From assembly GCA_964057225.1 (NCBI GenBank), contig OZ059898.1, forward strand, positions 6,820,001 to 6,884,000: a DNA stretch of 64,000 bases. Direction: 5' to 3'. Shown piece by piece: positions 44,001 to 58,949 of this stretch (its first letter is position 1; each line of letters opens with the position of its first letter). Position numbers and translations under genes: made by a program. The notes under the pieces are model-generated. The model saw nothing but the letters and a program-made list of their open reading frames with translations. It searched no databases and was not told the DNA's origin. This stretch comes from Auanema rhodensis. Lineage: Eukaryota > Animalia > Nematoda.

Positions 44001-47000
44001 GCCTATCATCTTCTTATGAATTCTGAAGCGTTAGCCAATACATTGGAAGCACATGAACATATCACTAACAATCGCTTTGTCAATATACGAATCATAGAAG
44101 ATCACGAGATCGTGTCAATACTGTCGAAGGAGCTGAGTCCGTCATCACCGTTATCAACATCATCTACCTATGTATTCCTCTATCTGTCCATTGTTTTACA
44201 GGGAGAAAAAAACTATTAAAATGATACTTATAGACAAGAGAGAAGGAGTCTACTAGTCTTAGATGATAACTCAAGAATAAACTAAGAAGCCGGATTTTGA
44301 TGAGAGTTACACAGACAAAAGACAAAACGAACTGAAATTTAACTTCTTATAGATCTCATGAACGAATAATACGAATTTATTTCAAACAAATGAATCTTGT
44401 AAAAGTTCAAATAAATATTTCATTTTATTTTGTTTATCGTGTAACAGAAAGCGTTCTGCCCTCAAACTTATGCCACTCAAGTGTAACTAGAGTACGGTGT
44501 TAAAGCTTGATTTGTATAAGATAACAGATTTAGCTGAAGATTCGATAAAAATTTATCATCTGATGGGTAAATAGTAGTTTCTTTTCTGAGGAAACAGAAA
44601 AGTATTATCAATGCAGACATCAAATGTTCCATTGTCGTCGCATTTCAGAGAAGTAAAAGAAGACGAAACAACATATGTTTGTATGTGGACAGCTTGACGT
44701 CACCGAAGAGATCTTGACGCGGCAATGCTGGCAGTTTAAGTTATATCTGCATGCTAAGACGGACTCTTTTAGTACTTTAAACATTCCGAATTATACTAGA
44801 TTTTCATCAAGATGTTCTCTCCAAATGTTAAGCCCTTTCTTCCCCATTTCTTTTTAAATGCTATGTCTTACATCTCAGAGGTTGAGGTCCGATGTAGAAA
44901 AATAATCGACGACGACATCAACATTGCGAAGAATAATGTTGATTGCGAACAATTGAATTTCAAACCAAAGAACTTTTAATGAGAAGTAATTAAAAGAAAA
45001 TAAGAGAAATGAGATAGCAATTGACTGTGAGAAATAGAAAAAGGTGAAAATCACATTGAAGATTTTCTTCTCAAATTGTAAAAATCCTGATGGTGAATTT
45101 CAGGATTTTCAAAAAAAATTGTTAGACCAGATGAATGTATCATAGTCAAGAATGATGATGATGGATTTCAGGGAAAGATAAAGTACAGCACAATGACAAT
45201 TGGTTGATTAAACCAACAGGTTCTTGTTGTTTTTGGCCATCTTTCAAAATGCAAAGAAGTCATTGTTGCATGTGTGGTAAATCCAAGTTATTTTTCTACT
45301 TTTTTTTTTCAAAATTCACAAACATTTGATCTCCAGGCCAGTGTTTGACGTACTCTGCCCATCATAGAACTAACTTCATAGGATGGATAAAAAAGATAAC
45401 ATAAAAATCTTAACGACTTTTGACAATTTGCTACACTTTTCTGCGTATGTGGAGCTAAAAGCCTTTTCAACACAGCCTTTTCTTCCCTTTGCTTTTATTT
45501 TTTTATTACTTTTACTTCGTAAAAAAAAGTTGAAAAAACAATAAATTTACAAGATGTAGAGTTCCAAAAGATGTTCAGAATTTGAACACAAGAATATCGT
45601 TATGAACACAAATATATATTTTTTATATTTTTGATTCAACAAAAATTCAATTGAGAAATACATTTGACTTGACATATATATTCAAAAACTAGCTTAATAA
45701 AGTTGAGAACAATACATTTTTGAAAAAATGTTTTATATGAATATAATATAAATTCAAAAATTGCAAAGAATTGCCATTGAGAACCACTAATCAACACAAC
45801 AATTATCGTAGAAATTGATGGAGTAGAACTGAGGTACATCCAACACCATATGGCTTCCCCATCATTGAATTTTACAGAGTATTCCCCCCTCTCTCTCGTT
45901 CTCCACTTCTTTCTCAAAAATTTAAAAAGTCCAGATGTGTCTAGTCACAATAAGCGAATTGATAACCTTTTTTATTGTTATGAAAAAGTATCTTTAATAG
46001 TATATAGTGATTTTCAATAATAATAAACTTTTTGGAGACAAAATATGCAAACATTGGCGTAAAGTAGAGATTTCAAAAAAAACACTTATAATAAAACAGC
46101 CAAAAAAACTTCAAAGCATTTCAAAATTCTTGAATTGTTACCTTAGTCGTCGTCTCCACCATCCCACTTTATGGCGCTGATCTTCAATTGGACGAAGCAT
46201 CTTGGCTTTAGTCGAATTATTATGAACGAGCTAGGCAATCTCGTTAGAATCACGCTTCTATATAGGGTTAAGTAATCGTAAATCCACAAAAATGTGTGAC
46301 AACTGAAGTTTAAACGTGACAGACAGAAGGAATATGGCTAAATGCCAATACGTTCTTAGTCTCCTCCTTCAGTCTATCGGAGCTTTAAACAAGCTCCGCC
46401 CTGAGATCTTGTCCTGGTATCTTCATCATAGATTTTTCTCTTCTTTTATCCGAATATTTACACACAAATACATGATCCATCGGCAATTTCAACAGTATAC
46501 ATCTCAATAAGTTTACTTTCAACCCAATATTCTAGAGCCATATCTCACAAAGAATCAACTTCTAAGGATGTATAACCAAGACTTCTATTCATATCTCTAT
46601 TATATCCCATCCGAAAGATGATATAATACAAATTGAGAAGCATTCGATGCTTTCATTATTATATAAAAGCTAAATAAGCTAATCTTATTCTAAACAAAAG
46701 CGAACATCAGATTTTTGCTGTTTGTGGATATTTCTCTAAAAACTTCCAGGAAGTGCTTTGATGCTATTTCTTTTCCTTTTTTTGCTTTCGTGTTCACAGT
46801 CAGATGCGAGATGAAATGCATGAGACTTAGATGCGGACTTGACAACGACGTGACGATGGGTGATGAAAAACAGTCAATGTCTTATAAGGTAATCATGCTG
46901 ACAAACAAGTGGGTTTGAATGACAACAATAACAGCATCAACAGAAAAGTTGATGAAGAAATGTGAAAAAAAAATTACTGCTCTTTTTCGTATATTATACC

Positions 47001-48255
47001 CCACATAGTTTTCTTACTAAATTGAAACATTGGTCAATATAAAGTTCCCGTTATAATCTAAGAGGGAAGAATAGGCTCAATCTTCCGTGGGAGTGAGATG
47101 AGATATTGAATAACACAATTGACACCAACCAGCTGAAATTCCCGTTGAAGATGTGCAAGCAGATTTCACACATCTGCAAAAATGTTTTCTATTCTCAGTT
47201 ACTATCGAATCATTCACTACTTTCGTCTTCAAATTCAGACAATGCCAAGAGAGAGGCAAATACTTCAAAGAACAAGTCAATAAAAATAATAATAATACAT
47301 GAAAAATCATTCACTTAAGATTATTTTGCTAATTTTCATTTTTTGAAAATATCATATGGATTATTGTAGATGAGAGATGTGGGTGTAGTAGGTAAACACA
47401 TCAGTGAATGAAGAAATATGGAAGACAATTATCATTTGCGGTCATTATCTTCAGATATTATCATGAGGAGTCCATCACCTTCTCCATCCCACACACCTCT
47501 CATCTAGATTTACAAAGGACAATGGTACCAACTATATCCACGTAGTGAGCAAACAGAGGAGATACCCAATACACACTTGATATGAGCTGTCAGAAATCTC
47601 AGACAGTTTTTTTCTCCCGAAGGTTGGAAAGCATAAAACCTTTGGCTCGTTATTTCAACGGAATTATCTTCAATTTACAACAACAGATTGAAGTGTTTCA
47701 AAAGAAAGTTTTGGCAAAAACAATATGAAAATGAGTAAGATAAATCAACTGAAATAACCTAATAACTGCATCCCAAAAAAATACTCAAATACTTTACAGC
47801 TATTCAAACAGCCTCAGTTTACTCATTTTGTCATTAAAAAATGGATAATTGTGCCATTTGAAAAGCGAAAAGCAGACATAAACTAAGCATTACATGAACT
47901 AGAGCTAGTTTCAAATTTGTCCAAAAACCAAGATTTTCGTGAAAATAATTAAATTCTCGCCAGTCTATCTATCTACATTTACATCACATAAACTTATGAC
48001 CCAATCTGCATTTTTTACGAATAACTCATAAATGTATTTTCAACTATTTGCTTTTAATTCAAAATCTAAGAGAAATAGTAGAAGAAGAATTCACAATAAA
48101 AACCAGACTTGTGAGGGCCACAAAAGTTGAAACAGCTTATGTTTACGCAATTGTGAACAAGCAACTTATAAACAATAAAAGGAATAATGAAAATAAAATA
48201 GTAAAAATAAAATAAATTTAATAAATAAAAAAACTCACATTTTGATACGTCGCAT
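34247..48255 (-). CDS. prk-1: PIM-family Ser/Thr kinase with long acidic/Ser-rich C-terminal tail; proximal ATG 37274, distal first exon 48239-48315
   Basis: MLKRKLQDLTVCC; IGRGGFGIVY; VAVKFV; PIM hinge IVMERP; HRDIKDEN; VDFG; GTRSYCPPEW. Last exon ends ...KSMAVN* at 34247. Kinase core confidence is high; the distal exon is inferred from splice phase. Confidence 0.9.
36923..37959. repeat. Three (TA)n microsatellites (36923-36945, 37884-37909, 37925-37959)
   Basis: Direct reading of pure TA runs. Confidence 0.9.
41056..41087. repeat. Compound (TC)n(AC)n microsatellite
   Basis: Direct reading. Confidence 0.9.
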
Positions 48256-51200
48256 GTTTGATGTTTTCTTTATTATTAGATCTTTTTAGTATAATTAAAG
48301 GTACCCAACGGCTACCTGAAACTAAGTAGTTAGCAAAATATTTTAACTGTACATTCAAAGGTCATTAAAGGCGCCAAATCAATTTCTTGAGGGTTGTCCT
48401 GTTCAAAGGTCATTTAGAAGCAAAATGCATGTTTCATGGGCCAAAAATGGACAAGAAAACAGCGAATACCGAAAACAGGTAGGAAAACAACAGTATTCTT
48501 TCACTTTCAAACCAAAAAAAAAGGAGACTTGTCTTGTTAGATTCTATATAATTATTGTTTTTACTTTGCCAACTCCTAATATCTTCAAACTTTATTTTCT
48601 ATTCAATTCATCTTATCAATAGGTTTATTTTTCACATAATTCCGCAGAAAACTCGAATTAGCACCATATAGTTTCAGAGAAAAAAATTTCGTCCTGGCTC
48701 TAAAAGCACAAAAAGCGGAACGATTAAAGAGAGCACCAGGAAAGAGATAAAAAAAAGAGAAAAGGGAAGCAATTGAAAATGACCCGTGACGTAAAACACA
48801 TGAAGCCCATCGAATTGTAACAAACTCAGTTTAAAGAAAGTTTACATGAAAAAGAGAGTGTGTGAAAGTGAGCTGAGTAATGGAATGATGAATGCGGATG
48901 AACTGTCTGGATACTTTTCTCAGGATTTTTTCTTTAAAATATGCGCTTTTCTCTCTCTCTGCTTTTCATCAAATTAGAGAGAATATCTTCTCCTTTCAAA
49001 GTTTACCTTCAAGGTGAATTATAAGATAAAATAAAACACATGAAATTAACATTTTAAGTTTCTTTTTATTTAAAATTTACTAAGCAACAAAACAAATTTG
49101 CATGTATTATCAAGCTTGTCATCAAATAAAAATCATTTAAAGTTATAAGGTCAGAGTAGTGCACTCCGAAACAATATAGCATCTTACAGAACAAATATTA
49201 TCACTTCAACTCAATAAGTAATTTTCTGAATGTAATAGAGAAAATCAGCATTTAGGGTTGTGTAACATCGAAAAAAGTTCCACTGAAAGAAAAATACAGA
49301 GGTCAGATGCAGTAAATAGATATATGTATTATCAAATAATTTTTAAACTTCATAGCTAAAATAGTTTGTTGGTTTAGTGAAAGTGAAATGATAAGAGAAA
49401 TTAAATAAATTAAGTATACAATTAATTTAATTCACCTTTATCGTTCAAGATATTACAAGAACAATACTACAATGTTTAAATTCATGGAATATTGTTTTCA
49501 GTTCAGATGAAAATACTAAACTTGTAGTCGATAAGAATAGAAACAAAATAACAAGTAAACTCAAAAGAAGATGTGAAGAAAAATAATGATTCTGCTCGAT
49601 AAGAGCGGATGTCTTCAAAAATCGACAGAACTGTAATTCAAAATAAAAAATATGTTGCAGCTACTGAATATTGCCAGGTTTTTATTCAGAACCATGAATT
49701 GCATATACTTTCGCGCGAAAGTGAAATTCAAAATACTTGATATTATCTCAGTTTTCATTTTCGTTTTACGAGCATAATGAACGGTTGTTTTCAGTAGTCT
49801 ATTCAAATTTCAGTATTCGAACGAGATAACTTATTCAAAGAGCCACAGAATTATAAACGAATAAAGTTATGTAAAACTGTTCAAGAAAAGTTGAAAAGTG
49901 AAGTTGCAACAAAATCAGGCGGTTCAAGTTCTTTCATTCCCATTTGTTTTCGTCTTCAACAAGTAATTGTTTCTCGTCAGTTTTTTCAACTTGTAAGTAA
50001 ACACGCGGTGGGAGAAAGTAGACATAAGAGAATTATACAATAATATTGCGTTCACAGTGTAAACTTGGCTTTTTTTTGCGAAGAAGGTTTCTAAAGCAGT
50101 TGATCAAACCTCATCCAAAAATAGATATTATTGGAATTTTTGGACATATTGGAGAAAGAAGAAATAGAAACAAGTTACGGTTGCTGATGAGCTCTTCAAC
50201 GTCCAATGAAATTGGAAGCAAAGGTCACTGAGACTTAATCATCTTGATGTCCTCCGCAATATAGAAACCAGGAAGAACATTCCTATTAGGACAGTCGCTC
50301 TCCACCCGAAGAGCATAAGATATGACGTAGTAGCTACATTATTCATAATAAAAAGTACTATCTTATAACTGTCGGAACCTTTAAGAAACGAAAAAAAGTA
50401 TCTCTACTAAAACTCTTTTGATTTGTTATCATTATGTCCTCAAACATAAAATAGTACTGTTTATTGCGTTATCAGACTCGGATATTCAGTATAAGAAACA
50501 TTACAGAGATTGTACCAAACAGCTTTGAATCAAATGACAGCTGATAAAATTCGTATAGATGCCAGAAGGTTGATTCCTGAAAATATTATTATTGGAGGGC
50601 TTATCACTTTCATCAACCTGTCGGGCCCAGCATATTCTTTTTTATTCTTTTTTTAATGTTTATTACCTTCATATCTTTGCTTGGATGTGTGATAAATGTC
50701 ATCAAATGATGTATGTGAATTGGAAAACAGAGTTGAATAAGAATAATGGAGTGATGAGAGAGAACGAAATGAGAAAATTCAGTTAATTACAAAGTTTTTT
50801 TCCATGTAGTAGATATGAGTGAATATATTTATTCACTGACTAAACGAAGTTTTCGTATTCTTCAAAAGGCAACGAGCTTTCCATGCAACTCATGAAATTC
50901 GTTTAACGCGAAAATTTCAAATTTCAAATGCCTTCACCTCGAAATTGGAATCTCGTCAGTCTGATTGAACAAGAAACGTTTTATAGAAAAGAATAATTCC
51001 TTGAAGATAAAAAAAATGAAAATGAACAGAGATGTTAAACGGGGTAATGAAGAACAATGATGGTTTAGTTCTGATCAACTTAAAACCTGAAGGGATACGC
51101 ATGATAAAATAGTTATACTTGCGTCACAGGTTCAACTATTTTACGTCAGCAATGCTATATCAAGAAATGAGAAAATGTTGAGGTATTAGGAAATGGAGAA

Positions 51201-52123
51201 CATGCTTGCTCAGCTTTTTTTCTAATTACTGTTGTTCTAGTATGGCCATGTTTCTTACGACAGCTGTTTACAAGTATTCAAAGGGGTGCTCAGTTTTAAT
51301 GACTTCGGTAAGGTTTTTCTGCTAATCATACTATACCAGATGCACGTCATCATTCACATACGCTCGTAAATACTATTTCTATTAACAAGCTCATTTTACA
51401 GTTATCTCATTAACCTCATTCATACTCTAAGTGTTACGGCGATGATACTGGAAGACTTATAGAAGGCATAAAGTTATATAAACTTGAAATACTAAATCAC
51501 AGTATTTATCTTTTGCTGTTTAATAAATAAAAACATTTGAAACGCTGTGTGTTAATGTTTTACAAATCTATTGAGAATTTAATTTGATAGAGATGCAACA
51601 GCTATCCACCAGATGTATCTGGTTGTATTTATAGATATTAATTATCCTAGACAACGCATGTAGATATAAATAAAATAAGGATATAAAAACATGAACATTG
51701 GAGATTCCCAAATAAAGTTTTCTTCATTCAATAACATGTTTCCTATTAAAATAGCTTGTATGACATTCACTGATTTATACATTTATTGAATTAATTCATA
51801 TAATTTTTCGAAATTTTAAATATTATAATTAAAAAGCAAGATAAAGAAGATTATAGCAATTCGTGATACCTAGTATTACTATTCAAAACCACTTCCTTTC
51901 AATTCTATGTCTGGTTATCTCTGCTTTATTTAAAACTATCGTACATTTTTTCTTAGGGCGGCAAGATTCGCGCTCTACTGCTAATGCGATGCTTGCCGTG
52001 TGACACGCCCTTTTGTGTCTTTTGACGAGATGGCTTCAAAATTTCATTTAATCTTACAACATCTTATTTGATAAATTATTCGATTGTTTATTTTAATATT
52101 TATCATATTTTCAGGCATTTGAT

Positions 52124-54603
52124 ATGCAAACAGCAGATGGGTATGTGCCTGATAATGGGCCACCCAAAGGATCGAGGCTAGCTAAATACATGGGGGCGAA
52201 CAGAGGTTGTTTGTTTGATTTCGAATACTTTATATGCATTGATTTTGTAGGTGGAGGTTCTGGTATGCATCAGATGAACGCTAACGTACCAAGTTTTGTA
52301 CCTCAGTTTGCAAAAATGGATTTGAACGATTCGCAGTCTGGATCAGTAAAAGTGAATCCTTTCATTGCTCGACCATTTGGTATGAAAATTATTTTTATTT
52401 TTCTAACATGCTTCTTTTAGTTTCCAGCGTAAGTAATAGTAATATTGATCATATGTCTGCTCCTTCCTATCCTCACGTAATATACAATTGTATTCATATA
52501 TGTGTTTAAAAGATTGTTTAAGCTCCAAGATGTTCAAGGTGGAACTACTTATTTTTTTCAAAATAATGATTCTGATCAAATGGGAGAAACTGATAATTTT
52601 ACTACTGTGGTTTGTTTCCTTTGTCTTCGTTATTTTTTTCTGTTTTTATTGTAGCAAACTGGTGGTTCTTTTACCTATCATGGTCCTTTACCACATATTG
52701 GAAAATTCCGCCCTAAAGGTGCTGTTGGAAATAATGTTGCTCAATTTATCTCCCCTGACTTGAAATTAGAACTGGTTAATAGACAAATTGCTATGGATGC
52801 GCGACCTGAGCCTTCATCATACCCAGATCTTCCTCAGCAGGTTATATGGCCTTCTAAAGTTGATTTGCAAGCAAATTTTTGTTTTAGGTTGAGCATTTAA
52901 ATAATTTGACACCATTAGAGCCGCTGCAACCTCATTCAACTAATTCTGTCTATAAAGCTCTTTCAATTCGTGACGGTGTGCCTTATTGCATTCGTCGACT
53001 TCACAGTGCGTACATGATATAAATTCTTAACATATGTGCTTATTTCACTTTTCTACAGATTTCCGACTTCAATCGCAGAAACAGCTTCAACCTCTTGAAA
53101 ACTGGAAAAAGCTTATTAATGTTAACATTGTTCAATTACGAGAAGTTATACCTAATACCAAAGCTTTTGGGGATACATGTAAGAATTTTTTCTGAATTAT
53201 ATTATAGTAATTAAAAATATTTTAGCTCTTCTTCTCGTATATGATTATTTTCCCCTTGCGGATAGTTTGAGAACGCGTCATTTTGGACGAATTGGCGGTT
53301 TCATTGATGGAATGAGTTAGTATTGATTTACTTTGTTTTTCATTTTTTTAAAAAACAGGTGGAGCAAAATTAACTAGTGCTCATGGTAATTGTATTGGTG
53401 CGGGTGTCATAGAGGGTCAGCTTTGGTCTTATGTTATTCAAATATCATCTGCTCTGCGTGCTATACATGCGAGTGGACTTGCAGCTAGATGTTTAGACTT
53501 ATCTAAAATTCTTGTGCATGGTAAAAATAAGGTAAGCTGTTATATTATATTGCGGATAATTATTTTTTTTACAGATTATACTTGGAAATTGTGGCTACAC
53601 AGAACTAGTTGGTAATGAGCATCATTCTATTCAACAACAACAGGTATTTTTACTTTTTTTTTCACTTTATGCGCTTGTTTCAAGCTTGAGGATCTTCATG
53701 ATTTCGGACGGGTACTATTATGCCTAGCTACTGGAAATATCTATGCTGCAAGAAGAGATCTCCCACAAAGTATGGTTTATATATCAACTCATTACAGCGC
53801 TGATATGAAAAATTTAATAAAGTTAGTTTTTTAGCTTTTTTCTCAGTATTTTCTATTTATATTTTAGTTTCCTTCTGTCCCCTACCCCTGGAAGAAAATC
53901 TATTAATGAAATTATGCCGATGATTGGCGCAAGATTTTATATTCAGCTTGAAAATGCGCAAATTCGCAATGATATGTTAGAAAATGAACTTAGCAAGGTT
54001 TATATATTTAACATTGAATCCTCTTTATTGTCGTTTATAATCTGTTTATTTATTTTTAATTATACTAATCTTAATATCTTTTGTATATTTCAGGAGCTTG
54101 AGAACGGTAGACTTTTCCGGTTACTCTGCAAATTGAATACTATAGTAGAGAGGCCAGAGTATGTTTTTTTGAACTTTTAAATAATTGATTTTTTTCTTAT
54201 CTTTTTCAGACATAACATGGATATGCAGTGGGCTGAAACTGGAGAACGATTCTTGTTGAAACTATTTAGAGATTATGTATTTCATCAGGTTATGGAAAAT
54301 GGAAAACCGTGGTTGGATATGGCTCATATTGTTCACTGCTTAAATAAGGTATTGTTGTTTATTAGAAAATAATTTCGCATTTAACTGTAAATATTTTCAG
54401 CTAGATGCTGGTGTACCGGAAAAAATAGAACTTGTGTCCCGAGATGGCGATAATTTGATTATTGTTTCATATGGTGATTTAAAAAGGCGCGTGTCTAAGC
54501 TTTCTTTTTATTATTATATTGTAAATTTAGATGTATTGAAGCGGCGTTTCGTGATCTCACTAATAGTAGTTCTATTATTCCGAGGGACGGAAGGCATAAC
54601 TAA
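52124..54603 (+). CDS. panl-3: PAN2-PAN3 deadenylase subunit PAN3 (pseudokinase)
   Basis: PAM2 motif [10 protein letters not shown]; YCIRRLH; [14 protein letters not shown]-like segment; [11 protein letters not shown]; [10 protein letters not shown]; [14 protein letters not shown]; [20 protein letters not shown]; HCLNKLDAG; ends [13 protein letters not shown]...RHN*. Confidence 0.95.
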
Positions 54604-56191
54604 TTCACATAGTAAATATATCATTAATATATAATATAATTAGTGTTGGCTAAAAGTGTTGTCATTGGAAGTGAATTTGATCACTAGTTTTAAAAGAGCA
54701 TTTATTATTTTATTATAGAAATGTAAGGGCTCTTCAATATGTCTTAACCTCTACCTCCATAGCAAAATCATTTCGTATTTTCATGCGTCCACTTTTGTAT
54801 TCTGATAAATTAATATCTCGAGCTAGGTAATATCTTCTGAACATTCGTTACTAGTCTTATCTCTGTCCATTTTTAGCCTGAGATCTATACAAAAAAGCTA
54901 ATACTCATACCTCCCACCGAGCACGAACAGCCTACGTCTCCAGTCATATCAAAACTCTGTGCCTGAACTTTACCAGTTCTCATATATTGCTTTTCCATTT
55001 TTTATATAATGAGGCTGAATAGTAGACAATAACACTGAAAGAGGGATAGCATTTTGAAGAGCAACAAATATTTCTCACATTCATAGTCACGCATGTTATT
55101 AGATGGTGGTCAATAGCATGATTGGACTTTATGGTTGAAGAGGGTTTAAACTGATTTCGTTGAGGTATTTACTTTTGCTTTTCATTAATTCATCTTTCTG
55201 AAGTAATGATAATAAGGTTTATTATCTTGAAACATTAGTTTTCAAACAATTAACTTGTCATATGTGAATCGGTTTTCTATTTATTTTTTTTCATTTTTCC
55301 GGTTCTAGAGTTCTCTTTAACTCTGGCTTCCTTGAAGGTATTGTCACTATACTCAATTTATTTTAATAAATCTCCACCGCTTACTTCAATCGAAGATCTA
55401 AAGATGGCGCTCTTTAGAATTTTAATTGACCATTGTCATATATTCTTCACCCCTCTCAGAGTTTCCCAATTTCATAGCCTTATCATAGTAACCCTCTTTA
55501 TGATGAATAGTTGAGTTGTGATTTTGCATAATTCCATATGATTTTATATTTTGTTTTATCATTACTTATATTTATTCCCAACTGTTGCTAGTATTCGAAT
55601 GTTGGTCAAATCTTGTTACAATTGTAGTTGTTTTCATTATGCTGTATTGTTTATTCTTATTGATGAACAGTTTAATTTTGTATTAAGAGTCAATTAACTA
55701 ATATAATGCCAATAAAAATTAATAAACTTTTAAAAATGTTGAGCAAAAATAAAAAAATAGATCACCTCAGTTCGAATTATGCTGGTATTGGTGGTACAAA
55801 AAGTGATTATCTTGCGGAATATATTAAACAAAAAATGGATTTTCTTTTTTATTTAATCTATAATATTAAATTTAATTTTAAAAATAGATGTTTTAATAGG
55901 GAGGACGTCCAATGCGAAGTAGTACGTGAGTTCAAGTTTTAATTTCACGAGGCTCTTTATCATCTATGTTGTTTTTAATTTTAACAAGAAATTACGTTTA
56001 TGCTGATATGCTTATATAACATAATTCTGCAAAATTGTTCGCTTTTATGTTTCGATATTGATTGCAGTTTATAGGTTGTTTTTCAGTTTTATTATCACAC
56101 GAACTCTTATAGTCATAAAGGGCTTTATTCGGTACCTAGCTCTGGTTTGTTTCAAGATCTAATATTCATTATATTTTTTTTTGCAGCTTAA

Positions 56192-57585
56192 ATGTCATAT
56201 TACGCTCATTTTTCTAATAGAATACTAAGGCCGACACTTCTTCGTTCAATCGGGTCGGATAACCTAGCCAAGAAATCAAATAAATTTGCCTGTATTGCGA
56301 GTACGAGCTGTAATTTTAATTCTTAATAATATTTTATTAAATTAAGGTTTCCGGAGTTATAGCAATGATAGTAAGGAGTTTGAAGATGTCGCTGCTTGTT
56401 TAAAGCTGATGTTGATCAAATTGTTGAGTAATAAGGAAATGTTTCTCTTGCAGAACACGAACAAGGAGGTTGCCTGATGAAATGTTAAAACCTGAACACA
56501 GAAGCTTTAGAGTTTCGAGGACAAAGAGTAATCCTGTTGAACTCAAGGTTTCTTTAGATTATACTCATCAATGTTTTGACACTCTTTTCCAGCATATAAA
56601 ATTAGGAGGAGGGCAGAAGAATCCTGTTTACATAATGGAGCCTAATCGAAATATTTTCACTAGTCATTATCACTTCCTAAAGTGGGCTATTCAAGTAGGA
56701 TTTTTTTGTTTCAGTTTTAACTTTTCAGAAAAAAATCAATTTTAAATTTCAGAAAAAAATTCTGTTAATGCCTTTCATTGACCAACTCCCTTCTTTAAAT
56801 GATCTAGCCGAAGGTAACAAAATGTTGTTTTCTAAAATATTGAAAGCTACTGTAAACGTGAGTTCTCTCATTCGTTTTCATGAAAAACTATTTTGTTTGG
56901 TTAAGAATTCACTTAGTAGTCTATCACATGTAACACTAGGAGGCTCTGAAGTTTTAAAAGAGTTAAGCAACAGTGCCAGAAAATTAACCGATTATCAAAA
57001 AAAAGCACTGCTTGTAAGTTTATAAATGTAAGATATTACTTTATTTTATTTTATTAGCTTTTTTCTCCTGAAGATTTTATTGGTCGTGATGGTCTCATAT
57101 TGAATGATAGTGTCTTTAATTTAGATCAAGGTTTTTTTCTTTTTAATCTTATTGATAACTTTTATTTAAGATGAGATAACTCGATATTTGCATTATATTG
57201 ATATCGTGTCTTATGATGCTATAAAAAAACCTGTGGATGATAAATATCTCAGGTATAGTGTATATTTAATGGCTGTTGGAAAGAAAAATAAGTTATACAA
57301 ATTGGTAACTGAAAGAAGAAAGTTTTTTTTATAAAATTTTAATCTTAGGTTCGATTATTACCATATAGAAAGGATAATGAGAGGATGCTTGTGTCGTTAC
57401 CTCCTGATTATGGCTTTACAAAACCAAAATATACCATAATGCGTATTGACGTTTGTCATAAGGTCATTTTTTCCTCAAATAAAGTTCTTATCAATGAAAT
57501 AATCTTCCAGATTTATCAAAACGGTTGGATATTTAATTTAGATGAAGATTGCCTATTATATGATTTTGATGTTACAACTTTTTAA
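56192..57585 (+). CDS. Putative mitochondrial MAIP1 (C2orf47)/Tim44-like protein
   Basis: ttgcag acceptor, then Arg/Ser-rich presequence-like N-terminus MSYYAHFSNRILRPTLLRS. LAEGNKMLF...SEVLKEL...KLTDYQKKAL resembles recalled MAIP1 FSEGAKQAF...KEVLHAL...SLPDNHKNAL. The multi-exon gene is clear; the product is tentative. Confidence 0.6.
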
Positions 57586-57751
57586 GAACGTTAGTTGAAA
57601 TAATAAATATTTATTAATGTTTTTTTTCTTAACCTTGACAACGTGAAAGGTTTTTATAAAATATATCAGTGTAGATATTGATCGATTTGCGAGAAAATAG
57701 CATAGATTGATTGAATATGACTGTCCAGTGTTACCGTTGTACTGTTCGACG

Positions 57752-58923
<1,172 letters not shown>

Positions 58924-58949
58924 TTTTCAAGGTTTTATTTACAATATTC

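Noticed and set aside
26791-48136. piRNA cluster (Ruby motif CTGTTTCA at ~26791, ~27098, ~48128)
   Set aside because: Only three scattered hits were noticed, far below cluster density.
38325-50786. The many 60-120 aa ORFs in the prk-1 intron and upstream region
   Set aside because: Low-complexity F/L/I/K composition expected from AT-rich DNA, no motifs, and no phase-consistent multi-exon structure found.
54800-55540. Small minus-strand gene between panl-3 and the MAIP1-like gene
   Set aside because: Candidate introns are too short (26-33 nt) and frames close quickly; no recognisable protein.
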